A DNA stretch of 64,000 bases, from the NCBI GenBank assembly GCA_002269645.1, contig NIVC01001187.1:248001-312000 (forward strand), in the 5' to 3' direction. The notes under the pieces were generated by a model, which saw only the letters and a list, made by a program, of their open reading frames with translations, did no database searches and was not told where the DNA came from. The DNA comes from Macrostomum lignano. Lineage: Eukaryota. Positions within the stretch are counted from its first letter, which is position 1. Each line of letters opens with the position of its first letter. A program made the position numbers and the translations under genes. This document shows positions 37,905-50,850 of this stretch, piece after piece.

Positions 37905-38975
37905 TTACAACACCCCCGTTTCCGCTTGCCCTGATCATTACACCCCCGTTTCCGCTTACCTGATCATTACACCCCGTTTCCGCTTACCTGATCATTACAC
38001 CCCCGTTTCCGCTTACCTGATCATTACACCCCCGTTTCCGCTTACCTGATCATTACACCCCCGTTTCCGCTTGCCCTGATCATTACACCCCCGTTTCCGC
38101 TTACCTGATCATTACACCCCCCGTTTCCGCTTACCCTGATCATTACACCCCCGTTTCCGCTTGCCCTGATCATTACACCCCCGTTTCCGCTTGCCCTGAT
38201 CATTACACCCCCCGTTTCCGCTTGCCCTGATCATTACACCCCCCGTTTCCGCTTGCCCTGATCATTACACACCCCCGTTTCCGCTTGCCCTGATCATTAC
38301 ACCCCCGTTTCCGCTTGCCCTGATCATTACACCCCCGTTTCCGCTTGCCCTGATCATTACACCCCCGTTTCCGCTTGCCCTGATCATTACACCCCCGTTT
38401 CCGCTTGCCCTGATCATTACACCCTCCGTTTCCGCTTGCCCTGATCATTACACCCTCCGTTTCCGCTTGCCCTGATCATTACACACCCCCGTTTCCGCTT
38501 GCCCTGATCATTACACCCCCGTTTCCGCTTGCCCTGATCATTACACCCCCGTTTCCGCTTGCCCTGATCATTACACCCCCGTTTCCGCTTGTCCTGATCA
38601 TTACACACCCCCGTTTCCGCTTGCCCTGATCATTACACCCCCGTTTCCGCTTACCTGATCATTACACCCCCGTTTCCGCTTGTCCTGATCATTACACACC
38701 CCCGTTTCCGCTTGCCCTGATCATTACACCCCCGTTTCCGCTTGCCCTGATCATTACACCCCCGTTTCCGCTTGCCCTGATCATTACACCCCCGTTTCCG
38801 CTTGCCCTGATCATTACACCCCCGTTTCCGCTTGTCCTGATCATTACACACCCCCGTTTCCGCTTGCCCTGATCATTACACCCCCGTTTCCGCTTACCCT
38901 GATCATTACACCCCCCGTTTCCGCTTGTCCTGATCATTACACACCCCCGTTTCCGCTTGCCCTGATCATTGCAAC
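37905..38975. repeat. About 30-bp minisatellite TACACCCCCGTTTCCGCTTGCCCTGATCAT between convergent genes
   Basis: Direct tandem repeat with C-run length variants. Confidence 0.95.
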
Positions 38976-39107
38976 CTGTCTCTACAATTCTGCATCCTGT
39001 ACAGCCCCACGCAGGTCATGGTGACAGTGGAGTCACAGTGATCTGCTCGGTCAGAGCGTATTTTGAAAAAGCAGATCAACAGCCAAAGCATCTCTCGGGT
39101 CTCAGGG

Positions 39108-42100
39108 CTACTGACTGCTGAAGAAGTCAGCGTCAAATCCGCTGCTGACGACCAGCTCCGACTCCTTCTGCATGTCCTCCTTGATCTTCTGGATTGCAGC
39201 GCTGTCCGCGGTCTGCTGTTGCTGCTGCTCTGGCATCTGCGGAGGCGGCGGAGGCAGCGGCGGCGGCGGCGGCATTGACGGGCCCGCCATCATGCGAGGG
39301 TCCTGCTGCTGCTGCTGCTGCGGCCAGGGCGGAGCCATCATCTGACCGCTGAAGCCGCCGCCGGAGCCGGGCCCGGTTGATCTCGGCGGCGGCGGCCGAT
39401 ACAGCCCCGGGCCGCCGGGCTGCTGCGGTGGCGGCGGCAGCCGCTGCTGCCCTCCGTTCGGCCCGACTGCCGGGCCTCTGACGCCGCTCGGCGACGACTG
39501 GGGTGGCATTGGCGGCGGCGGCGGAGGCGGCGGGAAGAAATCACCCGGCGGCGGCGGCGGTGGGTGCATCGATGGTGGCGGCGGAGGACCGCCGCAGGTG
39601 TTGGAAAAGTTCTGCAGAGCGAGTCGATGCGCGCGAATTGAAATACAGGTATGTTTAAACACTGAGAGTCTGGGAAAGCACACCACCGGCACTCACATAG
39701 TCGTGGAACGCTGTGGCCTCCCCCGAGTGCTCGCAGTTGTCTCGCCTCTCTGGCGCGGCGCAGTACAGATCCCAGAATACGCTGCGAGTTGATAAAAAAT
39801 TAATTACTATTGAGAAGTGCCTACTCACTACTTGGAGCCAGAGAGTAGTACGATACGGATTTGTGGTAAAAATTTCTGTGTAATAATGCTAATTAACGAG
39901 ATAAAATAATGAAGCAAAGCAATGCAGAGAAAAGCAGCTCACCACCACCAGGAGCAGAGAAAGCCAGGCGGATCGCCCAGGGTGATGCTCTTGTCCCAGT
40001 GAATCTCTGACAGAAAAGTCTGTGCAGACTTCTGCGCCCCGATGTGCACCAGGTATTCATAGACATAAAGAGCAAGCCTGCAATGTGCAATCATGAGTAG
40101 GATAAAATCCAAGTCAATACAATCCAAGATATAAAATTTTCTAAGAAAGCATTTCATCTGGTTTTATTTGTAAATTTAATCCAATTCAACTTTTTTGGTC
40201 AAAATGGAAAATTTTTTTATGGTATTTAAAAATACTTATTGATGCTGAGCAATACCTTCTGTAAGCCAAGTTGAAATAAATTTCATTTAATAAACAAAAC
40301 AAAAATTAAAGCAAAATATGATTATCATGTTTGAGCTTACATCTATGCTAAAGTCAAATGAGCCTAGTTTTTTAAGTCAATCTCAAGTCAAGAAATAATA
40401 ACAAAATTTTAGTAGTCAAATTATGCTCAAATAGTTGTGCTTGGCTATTATTAGACTATATAATTATAATACATTATATATATACTTCAATAAAAGTTAT
40501 AAACAAAGTATTACTTGATTTATGTGGAAGCAGTACTATGTTTCTAGGAATGACTAGTTTAAAATAAGTGCAAAATATATATTTATTATAATATACAAAA
40601 TATTCTCAATTTGTAAAATTTGTTAAAATACACACAATTTGTCTAGTATAAATAAGAGTAGAATTTAGGAAGAAAGAACTAACCTTGAGCTAAGTTGCTC
40701 AAGCTTGCTAAAGCAAGTTAAATAAATTACTAAGCTTGTTAACTCATGTTTCAGTTCAATAAATTCATTCTCAGACTTAAGTGTTATTCATTTATAGTAA
40801 AAGAGATTCCAAGGAGAAACAAGTTTAAAGAAATCTGCTAAAGAGGATTGGAAAACTTATGCAAAGACATACTAAGAGTATACTGTGACCCTCTCATCTT
40901 AGTAATGCCCAGACTGGAGAATTGTACATATACCATAAGACTGCTTAGGCTTATCAAAATTATACCAAGATGCTATCACAGCGCACTCTCAAATCTATTA
41001 CACAGTACATTGGAAAAGTGACCCCCTTCACTAATATTTTAAGTTTATACTAGAAAAACAAAAGTTACTTGTAGTATATATGCTAGACATTATCAAAGAA
41101 GTTGCAACAATAAAGGACCTTTCTTTCTTGCATTACAACATTTTGGTCTTTTGTATGCCAACAACTATGCCACTATATATAGGCTCTGTGGTGCAATTTT
41201 CTGGTAGATTGTTCCCTATACCAGATATTTTATACTAACCCTTTTTCTATATCTATTTTACATCAGAATTTTCTAGCATATATATAAGACTTAGGAGTGG
41301 GAGTGGGATGCTTTCAGAATTAACCCATAGTTTGGAAGGCAATATGCATGCTAGGAGGGTATTTGCCATTTTTCAACATATTATCAACATATATCCTAGC
41401 ATACATGACACATTAGAAAATTTTTGGCTTATATCTGTGGTATATTTGCATACATATTAGAATCAAATAAATTCACTTTATGTAAAATATGCTACATGCA
41501 ATACTATCAACATGAAACAAGGAATAATATTTCCTTGCTTAAAAACTTTTTCTCAATTTTAAGCAAATTAAAATTATTTAAATTACTTCTTTTATAATTG
41601 TCTTTTCTCAATGCACATTACAAAAGTGCATAATTTTTAAGTTTGTCACTCTTCATGAATAATGAATTTTTCCCCACTAGACCTGGTATACACTAATATA
41701 TGATCCAAACTATAGACTAACACACTACTGAATTATACTAAGATGCTTGTTAAAACTAGGCCTATACCGAGATGCTTCTAGAACTATATGCTATTAGAAA
41801 TATGCTGGGACTTATGCAAAGATCATAATAGCATAAGCCAGAACAAAAATTTAGGAAACAATCTGTATATTGATCAATATCAATATCACTATCAACATTA
41901 TAATATAACCCTATTATTATAATTAGGCCTTTTTCAACTAAATTTTCAAACTTTCAATGCATTTTTTATTTCTAATAATATTTGATGTTTGCATATTCAG
42001 GCTGCAACAGCAAAAATTAGTTTTGTTAATGACAGCATCAAAAAATTCTAATGAACTTATTTAGTTTTATGAAGTTTTATCTAAAACTTGTTTTATGTTA

Positions 42101-42328
42101 AACTTGCAGAAAATGTAACTATGTATAAAGCGACTATAATTTAAACAAATAATAATAAAGTCATGAATTCCTAAGGATAGCCTCCTTAACAAAGACATGC
42201 GGCCTAATGTCGAGTGGATTGTTAAATTAGGCCTACATACTAATAGAACAAGCAAGACACAAGAACACTTACTTTTCTTGAGCCTGGGCATCAGATGGTA
42301 CACTGTTTGCTTTACCTTTGGCATACAT
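39108..42328 (-). CDS. SSBP3: Single-stranded DNA-binding protein SSBP2/3/4-like (Ssdp, LDB1 partner), 259 aa, 4 coding exons
   Basis: Exons 42328-42273, 40077-39943, 39781-39697 and 39611-39108, with GT-AG boundaries and consistent phases. LUFS domain MYAKGK...[29 protein letters not shown]...[17 protein letters not shown]...AFHDY, followed by a Pro/Gly/Gln-rich region. It is probably co-orthologous to SSBP2/3/4. Confidence 0.92.
40690..41240 (+). mobile_element. Highly degenerate RTE-like LINE 3' relic in SSBP intron 1
   Basis: Frameshifted remnants resembling RTE C-terminal motifs (KLAKAS, PRC, VHWKS, IPDILY), judged by eye only. Confidence 0.3.
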
Positions 42329-43063
42329 TTATTATTGTTACTAATAATTGATGTTTATCCTAATGAAATATTCCTGATTAATCACACCAACTATCTCAAC
42401 TTGACTAGCGAGCGCACTTGACTTGAATATTGGAAAAAAGTAGTCCGTCTGCCCTGGATCCATGAAAAATGAATAAAAAACGAAAAGTTAAAAAACAAAA
42501 AACACAAACTTTTTTATGCAATGGCCACGGATACCAAGAAAATTAATTATGAAAGAAAATCTATAAATAAAATGCATATAGTTTGATTTTTGTTGCTATA
42601 GTAGTATAATATATTAAAAAGTTTGTTTTAACATCATCCGTGTCCTTTCCTCTTTTTCTTGATCATGAAATCTCATCATGAGACTATATATATATATATA
42701 ATCTAATAGAAATTTTCACACTATGGGTTGTTTTGTGCATTTCGATAAGAAGAAATAAATGTATATTTCGATCTGGACGGCCAGTCCGATTTGAAACGAC
42801 GCAAACAATGCCTACTCTACCGACATTACCGTTATATAGCTGCTGTTAGGCTTTTATTGATCGTCGTGGTGAAAAGACCAGTCAAGTCCATTAATTTTTT
42901 AATATTATTGTATCAAGTTAAAAATGTTCAACAAGCTTTACCAAAATGAAGCGCTTATATCATAAAATAATCCGAAACTCTATGCATAGCAGAAAGCAGG
43001 AACACCAGCTCAAGTGATGATATATAGGACAGCACTTGGCAATTTACTCTCTCGCATTCCGAT

Positions 43064-43113
43064 CAGGCGCTGGCTTTGTCCCCCCCCCCACAAAATCTAT
43101 GGCGACGCCCTTG
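43064..43113. mobile_element. 50-bp internally deleted MITE remnant
   Basis: Flanked by a perfect 8-bp direct repeat ATTCCGAT (43056-43063, 43114-43121). The body matches the right end of the 50065-50850 element (GGCTTTGTCCCCC...AAAATC.ATGGCGACGCCC). Confidence 0.72.
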
Positions 43114-43962
43114 ATTCCGATTACTTGCAGTACTATATAGCCTGACAAAAACGATACGACGCATTTTTCTGGGCCATCGATTTCTGTTATCTAAAATAGC
43201 TACTGAAATTATCATATTGTACACTTCCCCACAAAAGGTATAACAAAGCTATGCAATAAAAGATTAACAGAATGGCGCGAAACGCGTGCTTAACATTAGC
43301 AGCCTGTCTGACATTATATTTTCAATAATAAATAACGAACCAAAACTTATTTGGCGTGTGCGCGCTATGTTACAGGGTGGCATCAGTTCCAGTGCATCAG
43401 GTTGTTGCGAGCTGGACACAGCAGATTTAATTGGTGTTTAATCTATTGCACTCGAAACAATAGCAGGAATCAGTTGGTAAGTGGCCGGGCATTGCGCGCC
43501 AGTGGGTCAGAGGGTCATAATTAACAAGCAAGCCTATTTTACAAGGAACACAAAGACAATCATCAGAGAACTGCAAAATCTCGCGACTGGACTTGACAAT
43601 AGACTGTGTGACAGCAGAATTTGACAACAAAGGTGCACAGAACACAAATCAGTTCACTGTGACAAAATATGCAGCATCAACTATTTCGGTAAAGCAGTTG
43701 TATAAAATATATGTAGCATGTGCCTGTGCAAACAAGCGACAGGCATTTGCAGGCAAAAGATTCTTTTAAAAATTAGCCAATTTTAGAGCAATGGGAGCCG
43801 CTTGAGTGCCGCAATCTCAACTTCAACTCAGCAAACTGCGTGCGACACAATTAGCGTTACAAAAAAAGAGATTTCTTGTGCAAAAGCTGTCACGGGTCAG
43901 GGGAACTAACATCTCTGATGCCTCCTTTCCACCATCAGTGTCAGGGACAAGCCGTCAGTCGG

Positions 43963-45516
43963 TCACTCGGCAGCGCCAACGGGGCTGCCATTCCGCAGCT
44001 GTTCCGGCTCCGACTTCAGCTCGCCGCGGCTGCCGGCCGCCGTCCAGATTGGCGGCGACGCTGATGGCGAGTCGCTGGCGCCACCGCCGCTGCTGCTCAT
44101 CGACACCGCGGCCGCGGCGGCTGCTGCTGCGGCTGCGGCGGCCGAAGGCTTGAGGCCGGCCGCCCACATCTGCTGTAGACCGGCCATGGGCACCATAGAC
44201 GGGAAGCAGCCCAGGTGGCCGGAGTGCGGCAGCAGCGTTTGCTGATGCTGCGAGCCGGCCAGCAGGGCCTCGGCCGACGGGCTGTGGGCGGGCGCTGGCC
44301 TCAGCGAGAAGTGCATCTTCAGGTGCGACATGATGTTGCTGACCACCGGGTACCGGTTCTTGGCCACGGAGAAGCGCACCGCGGAGGTGCGGTCCCGCTT
44401 CACCTTGCACAGGTGGCAGTGGTACACCCCCGACACCCGGCGGCCGCCGTCCTCGCCGCCAGGCTGCACCTCCAACTGAATGTCAAAGTCGACGCCCTCG
44501 GTGAGCTGGGCGGAGTCGAACTGCTTGGAGCTGAGCCTCAGCACGGAGGCAGCCGACCTGGCCCGCAGTTTCTCCAGGTCCACATCGCCGCCACAGCTGA
44601 TGCCGAAGTCCGCCAGCATCAGCGCCTGGGAGCCGTCGGGCGGGGAGCCCGCAACGCCGTTGCCACCGCCGCCGGTGCCTCCAACAGCTGCGCCAGCGGT
44701 CGAGGTGTCGCCGGAGACCGACGACGGCGTTTCGTCTGGAGTCAGCGGAGCCCGCGGCTGGGATGGCGGCGGCGGCTGCTGGGGTTGATGGTGATGAAGA
44801 CGCAGAGGCTGAGTTACAGGCAGCTGAGCCTGCTGAGTCGGGGAGCTTTGCTGCTGTTGCTGCTGTCTTCTAGCAGATGTAACTTGCAGCTGCTGCTGCT
44901 GTTGCTGCTTGCTAGTGAAGGCAGGCAATCCCAACGGGTGCGATTGAAGATGATGATGCTGTTGCTGCTGCTGTTGTTGCTGCTGCTGCTGTTGGATCTG
45001 GCTGAAGAAATCCGAGATGCCGCCAGCGCCAACGCCGCCACCGCCGCCGCCCGCCATTACCGGCAGGGGCGGCAGGGGGAAGCCGCAGAGGGCGGGGTGG
45101 CCGCCGAGGCCCATGCAGGCCGCCAGGAGCTGCTGCTGCGCCTCCGCTGACAGGGCCTCCAGCCCGGTGCTCAGCTGCGGCTGCGGCGGACTCTCGGACT
45201 CAGACTCGGTCTGCGTGGCCTTGTCCAGCCGCTCCCGTAGTCCCTGTACGCCCACCAGGATGCCCTTCCTCGTCCCGGCCGGGAAGCGGAACTGGTCCGG
45301 ACAGTCGGCGAAAATCTGGCCGACGTAGGCGACCCGCTCTTCCTGCGGCATCAGCTGACAGGCGTCGCGGACGAAGCGCTCAACGTTGTCGATCTCGGCG
45401 TCCGTCAGGCCCTGCAGGACGCGGGCGTTGGCGTAGCCGCAGAGCTCCAGGCAGTTGATGGCGGCGCTGGACTGGCCGGTGTAGCGGCCGAGCAGCTCTC
45501 GGCAGGTGTCGTCCAT
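43963..45516 (-). CDS. Uncharacterised 517-aa protein: N-terminal helical (SAM-like?) domain, poly-Q/poly-A region, C-terminal atypical C2H2/BED-like finger
   Basis: Long GC-rich ORF with GCC/GGC-rich codon use like the neighbouring genes. Acceptor CCCCGTACAG lies 6 nt upstream of the ATG at 45516. Motif CHLC-x26-HLKMH preceded by SNIMS. Confidence 0.78.
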   Translation of the reverse strand: MDDTCRELLGRYTGQSSAAINCLELCGYANARVLQGLTDAEIDNVERFVRDACQLMPQEERVAYVGQIFADCPDQFRFPAGTRKGILVGVQGLRERLDKATQTESESESPPQPQLSTGLEALSAEAQQQLLAACMGLGGHPALCGFPLPPLPVMAGGGGGGVGAGGISDFFSQIQQQQQQQQQQQQHHHLQSHPLGLPAFTSKQQQQQQLQVTSARRQQQQQQSSPTQQAQLPVTQPLRLHHHQPQQPPPPSQPRAPLTPDETPSSVSGDTSTAGAAVGGTGGGGNGVAGSPPDGSQALMLADFGISCGGDVDLEKLRARSAASVLRLSSKQFDSAQLTEGVDFDIQLEVQPGGEDGGRRVSGVYHCHLCKVKRDRTSAVRFSVAKNRYPVVSNIMSHLKMHFSLRPAPAHSPSAEALLAGSQHQQTLLPHSGHLGCFPSMVPMAGLQQMWAAGLKPSAAAAAAAAAAAAVSMSSSGGGASDSPSASPPIWTAAGSRGELKSEPEQLRNGSPVGAAE

Positions 45517-48500
45517 GGCGGGCTGTACGGGGTGAGAGGATTTGAGGGGGCATCTTTGTTTGCGCTCTGCGATGTAATAAAATAAATTTTCATCCCACAA
45601 CCAGCGCTGACTCCTGCAGAGCACATGCAAGTGCGCGGACACTGTACACAGGCATGCACTCATTCACACGCTCACACAAGGTGTACAGTGGTCCGGACTT
45701 ACTAATCATCAGGCATGTACACTCTCAGTGCCTTGGGGCTGGCTCTCTCGTCAAACTACGCTCGTAGAACTCTCAGAACCGGGGGGGGGGATCTGGACAC
45801 CCCCAATTTTTGCTGGGATCTCGGGATTTCCGGGGCCGAAATCCCAGTCCTGTAGGACAGGGAATGGCAAGCTCCGGCACGCGAAGCCTCTATCCGGCCC
45901 TCGGGTTCTATGAAACTTCACAATGGGCATTAGCAATCCGGCCCGATCAAAGTTTGTATCTCTTCTCAGCTCTCTTCTCTCTCTATCATGCGCAAGCGAT
46001 GCGTCTGAGTGCAGATTCGAACCCGAGATCGCCACTGCGCTATACTCTGCTGCGATCGCTGCGTGTAAATAGCACTAATGAGGGAGACAGCGGCTTAATG
46101 ACAAAGCAAAACTTAATACAGGACTTGAGACAACTTTGGCGGCAGAACTAAAAATATACCCGGATGAGCTGTTCCGTGCGTCAGTGAGCAACCGAGCAGC
46201 TGATTTATTGTTACAAAAGCGTCTTCTAGAAGCAAGCGGGCCGGTCAGGTTATAATTAGGCAAGACTGAGATTACAGGCCTCACAGCTGCGGTGTTCTAA
46301 AAAAATCTTGCAAAAGACAATCCAGGCGAAAAAAGATTTTTTTAACATTTTCAGATGTCTCGCTATTAAAATAGCAGAATACATGTTTGCGGACAGGCAG
46401 CGGGAGCTGGCCTGGGAGCTGCGCAATACGAACTGTGGATCTGCGACATCAAGATAGATGATTATCCCCCCCCCCACCTTCGAGCTGCTCCGAATGTTTT
46501 GCGCGCAGCCGCCGTCTACCTGCGGACCCCTCGCCCATAACTACCTGGCTAATAAGCAAACTTTCAATGGGGATCTGTGCACATCAATAATTGGGCATAT
46601 GATGGAGCTGCGTCACGCAGGCTGCTGCAGAGTCTCGAGGCCAGCTCAAACTCGCCCCCCCCCAATTTGATTTGATGGAGCAAAAAAATGGAACACAAAT
46701 TCGCCTCGGCGGCGGCTGCAAAAACATCCCTGAACTGGGTATGGCGCTTATTCTCATCCCATTTCTCTTCAACTCACCCCCCAAAAAACTCGAGCTAGGC
46801 TATAGGGGGTGGCCAGCGCATGTAATAAATTCTGAGCAAAATCGCATGACAACCCGAGCGGGTTTAATTATTAGATTTACTGACTGACTGCCTGAGCTCG
46901 GCGGAGGGTGGGGTGGGGGCGCCGCATAGGGAGGGAGTTATCTGGCATAATCACTCACTAACGGTAATAATAATTACAGCCTCGGTATTATATTAATTAT
47001 AGTTGAGGCAGGACCGATCGGAGAGGGGGGGGTTGCGGCCACTGCGGCGCGCTTAATTACCATGTAGTTGATTGGATTTTTTGCCTGGGCCCACAGAGAG
47101 CGAATGTGTGTGTGTGCGCGCACACAGCAGAGCGACCTTGCGACTAGAAATTGTTATAACTAGCTCTAAGCCAGTGCAGTCACACAGAGCTCAGCCATCA
47201 TCTTCTAGGCCTGCAGTGCTTGTTCAGTGGCTCCGAGCTGGATGGAGTGCTGCTGCTCCAGCTGAGTGAGTCAGCTGCCACTCGGTCCCTGATCCACTAC
47301 AGCAACTTAACCGAGCCACTAACTGCTCTGAGTTGTAAGCTCGGCCGCAGTTTGCTAGTAATTATATGACTCCAGTGACAAACTCGAAGTCATTATATTA
47401 TTATATACTAAGTGGAATTAACTCAATTTGAGCCTAACAAAACCGAAATTCGAGTTTGTTTATCTGTGGCGCATTTCTATTCAGCCACAAATTATCGCTC
47501 GAAATTGAATTCAAATTGGCTCCAATTCGTAGAAAGCCAACAATTACGGGTATGCAAAGCCGGAAGAAATTTGATAATAAGATAATGTGATCGATAGTTG
47601 TACAATAAATGCCTGAGGCTGAGCAAGTGAGCTTAGCGGAGACTGGTGGATCATTCTTCATCACATTACGCATAAAGGTTGCGGCCGCATCAACTTTGCT
47701 TGGCCGAACATTCGAAATCTAATTGGTGCTCTGCACAAGTTTTTGGTCTTCCTTCCTACAAGGAGCTCTTTGCTCATCGCATTGCTCTCACGGCCAATGC
47801 AAAGCAATGACTTGCATAGTAAAAGGCGCAGGCCCCGGGGCGCATGTTTGTGTGCTAGCTGGAGTGACTTAATTTAATTAGCTCTTTGTCTGCCTTCTGT
47901 GCCTGTCTTTCGGGCCCTGCTTGCAAAGCAGTTTTGCACTGCCTCTGACTCGGCTCCTCTCCCTCTCTCTCCCCTCGCTTCTTTGGGTTCGAATTCGGGA
48001 GAGAGAGAATTGACTAAAACCTTTTCAGTTCGGTTCGGCCCGTCTCACTCCGCCGCGAGTTTTATTATTCAATTTATTACTGGTTATTGGAGTTAGTCAT
48101 GGCCGCGGCGGAGGGGGGGGGGAGTTCGGGCGGGGAATTTGATTAATTCCCTCTTTCTCCTCTCCCGAGCGCGATGGGGGTTTTTATTACCTAATTTATA
48201 TTTGCATATGCCAGGCCTCGCATGTTTATCAGGGGGTCGGGCGCGTGGGAATGGGGAGGGCGGCCCTACAGATCCCCCAGTCCCATGTTGGCAATATTCT
48301 GGAGCCCCAAACAATTTTATAGGGCCCCAGGCCAGGCATCTGGGATCTGATCGGCTCTGGCAGGGATAAAACTGAATAAGGATTTCAAATATAGTTGAAC
48401 TGACTGATTTCAGTTTGAGGTCGGGGAATTTTTAATGGCTAAGGTGTACCGCCCGGCCTGCAGTTCAAGTTGAAGGACCTGCAGTGATATGAAGGACGAG

Positions 48501-50064
48501 CGCGGTCCCAGCCTCCTTCACTGGCCCTCCATCAATTTATTGGGGTAGCTGTGTGTGTTTACTAAGAAGTTGTGCAGCAAGGGGATTTTCTAATGGCATT
48601 ACACCGGCTCCCCTTGACTCCCGATTCCTCTGGCACTGAATGAAGGCTTACCACGGCTGGGGGTGGCCGGTTCCAAGCAATAAGTTGCGGCACTAAAGTT
48701 AATATGACCAGCCACTAACCCCCCCCCCCCAACAGACCACTTCCCAAACTGCTAATAACAAAGGCAGATCTGTAGAAGAAGGAATTCCAAAATCTGTTTG
48801 ACTGACACTGTCTAAATCTGCTTTTTTGACTGACTGCTTTTTTATCAATAAAGCCGAATGAGTAATTGGGGCCTCTCCATATGCAATGCAACTCAATAAT
48901 CAGTTCACAGTATGGCGGAGACTTACCGTTTGCAAGTGTGAGAAATTCCTGTTGTCGAGTTTGCAAAATTGCAACTGGCTGTCTTCTACTATCTAAAATT
49001 GAAAGCGCTTGCCCAATTCTTTACTCAGCAAAATTCGCGCTCAAGGGCACCTGTCACTGACTAAGCAATATTGATTGATTGGTTGGTTGGTTGTCTGATT
49101 GATTTTTCAAAGCTGCAGATTTCAAATCGGCAAATTTGTTGGCTTGTGAAAGCAGAAAGGTGCCTTAATATCAAAATATTACGGGCGAGCGATGACCAGC
49201 TTGAAACTTAATGAAAGAGTGAGTGAGTCAGAGAGTCAGAGGGAAGTTTTGGTTAATATCGGGGCGCCCCCCGGGGCCAATGACTCGGCCAAAACCCCCC
49301 TCTCCCTGTTTTTAACAAATAGCAAACCAGTGAACAGTGAGTGGCGGGGGTGGCGGCCCTATTGGAATTGGAAATGATAGCGAGAGGCCGCACGCACTGT
49401 ACAAATTCAATATATCAGTTGGTGCGGATGGGGGAGAGGGGCAGGGAGTTTGGATTGAAGGCGGGGTGGGGCGCGAATGACTAAAAAGAAGACTCGAATT
49501 AATGGCTGTGGGGGCCGGGGGTGTCTGTCTGTGTGCGCCCCGAACTGAGGGCTCCGGAGGGGGTTGGGCAGAGGCTGTCCAAGTAAGTGTCTTTCGAATC
49601 CCGGGATTTCGAAGGCTTGACAGGCCTGACTGGGGAACATACTAAGGCAATAAAGAATTCGAAGAAAATGGAATAAATGATTGAATGAGTGAGTCAGCGC
49701 GATTGGGTTCAGGGGGGGGGCTGGCCAACGTGTTTGTTCAGCTCGAATTGGCCCAATGAAAGCCGCGGGTCTCCCCATCCCCCTCTTCCCCGCTGCATCC
49801 CAGAGCATCAGCCACCATCCGGTCGGCCGACATGGCGCACCAGATGGGGCCGACTGTGATTAAGGGGGGGGGGGAGTTAAGCTGGGCCAAGGAGACCCAG
49901 TTCCACAGCCTGGAGTGGCATTCTAGTAAAAAAATCAGTTAGTCTTGACAGAATTTAAAATAAAACAATAAACTTTCTCTTCAATGTCTAACTATTTTGA
50001 TGTTGAAAATTCCGGAAATGGGTCAAAGGATCTGCAGCGCAGACTCTTCCAGCTCCATGACTTG

Positions 50065-50850
50065 CAGGGACGTCGCCACCAGGGGGGGGGACAGGGGGAC
50101 ATGTCCCCTCAGTAAAGTCTATGGGGGCACATGCCAGTGTTTGTTCGTTATGGAAATCAATAATTTTGCTTCAGGGCGACAAAATATAGCGCCTGCGGGC
50201 TGCGGCACTAAAATGAGTTCCTGCGGCGCCAAAATGAGTATCTGCGGCGCCAAAATGAGTGTCTGCGGCGCTAAAATGAGTTCCTGCGGCGCCAAAATGA
50301 ACGCCTGCGGCGCCAAAATGAGTGCCTGCGGCGCCAAAATGAGTGCCTGCGGCGCCAAAATGAGTGCCTGCGGCGCCAAAATGAGTGCCTAAGGCGCCAA
50401 AATGAGTGCCTGCGGCGCCAAAATGAGTGCCTGCGGCGCCAAAATGAGTGCCTGAGGCGCCAAAATGAGTGCCTGAGGCGCCAAAATGAGTGCCTGAGGC
50501 GCCAAAATGAGTGCCTGCGGCGCCAAAATGAATGCCTGCGGCGCCAAAATGAGTGCCTGCGGCGCCAAAATGAATGCCTGCGGCGCCAAAATGAGTGCCT
50601 GAGGCGCCAAAATGAGTGCCTGTGGCGACAAAATGAGTGCCTGCGGCGCCAAAATGAATGCCTGCGGCGCCAAAATGAGTGCCTGCGGCGCCAAAATGAA
50701 TGCCTGCGGCGCCAAAATGAGCGCCTGCGGCGCCAAAATGAGCGCTGACAACACCGATTCTGAAAATAAGGTACATGTAGGAATTTTGACATGTACATGT
50801 CGAACTCTTGGCTTTGTCCCCCCGCCATAAAATCCATGGCGACGCCCCTC
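50065..50850. mobile_element. MITE-like element carrying a 21-bp minisatellite (about 50205-50745, GCGCCAAAATGAGTGCCTGCG)
   Basis: Imperfect TIRs CAGGGACGTCGCCA / TGGCGACGCCCCTC with G/C-run subterminal motifs. No TSD is visible. Confidence 0.65.

Noticed and set aside
46000-49990. Many 60-130-aa ORFs in GC-patchy sequence
   Set aside because: No homology cues or consistent exon structure; more likely a regulatory or non-coding region.
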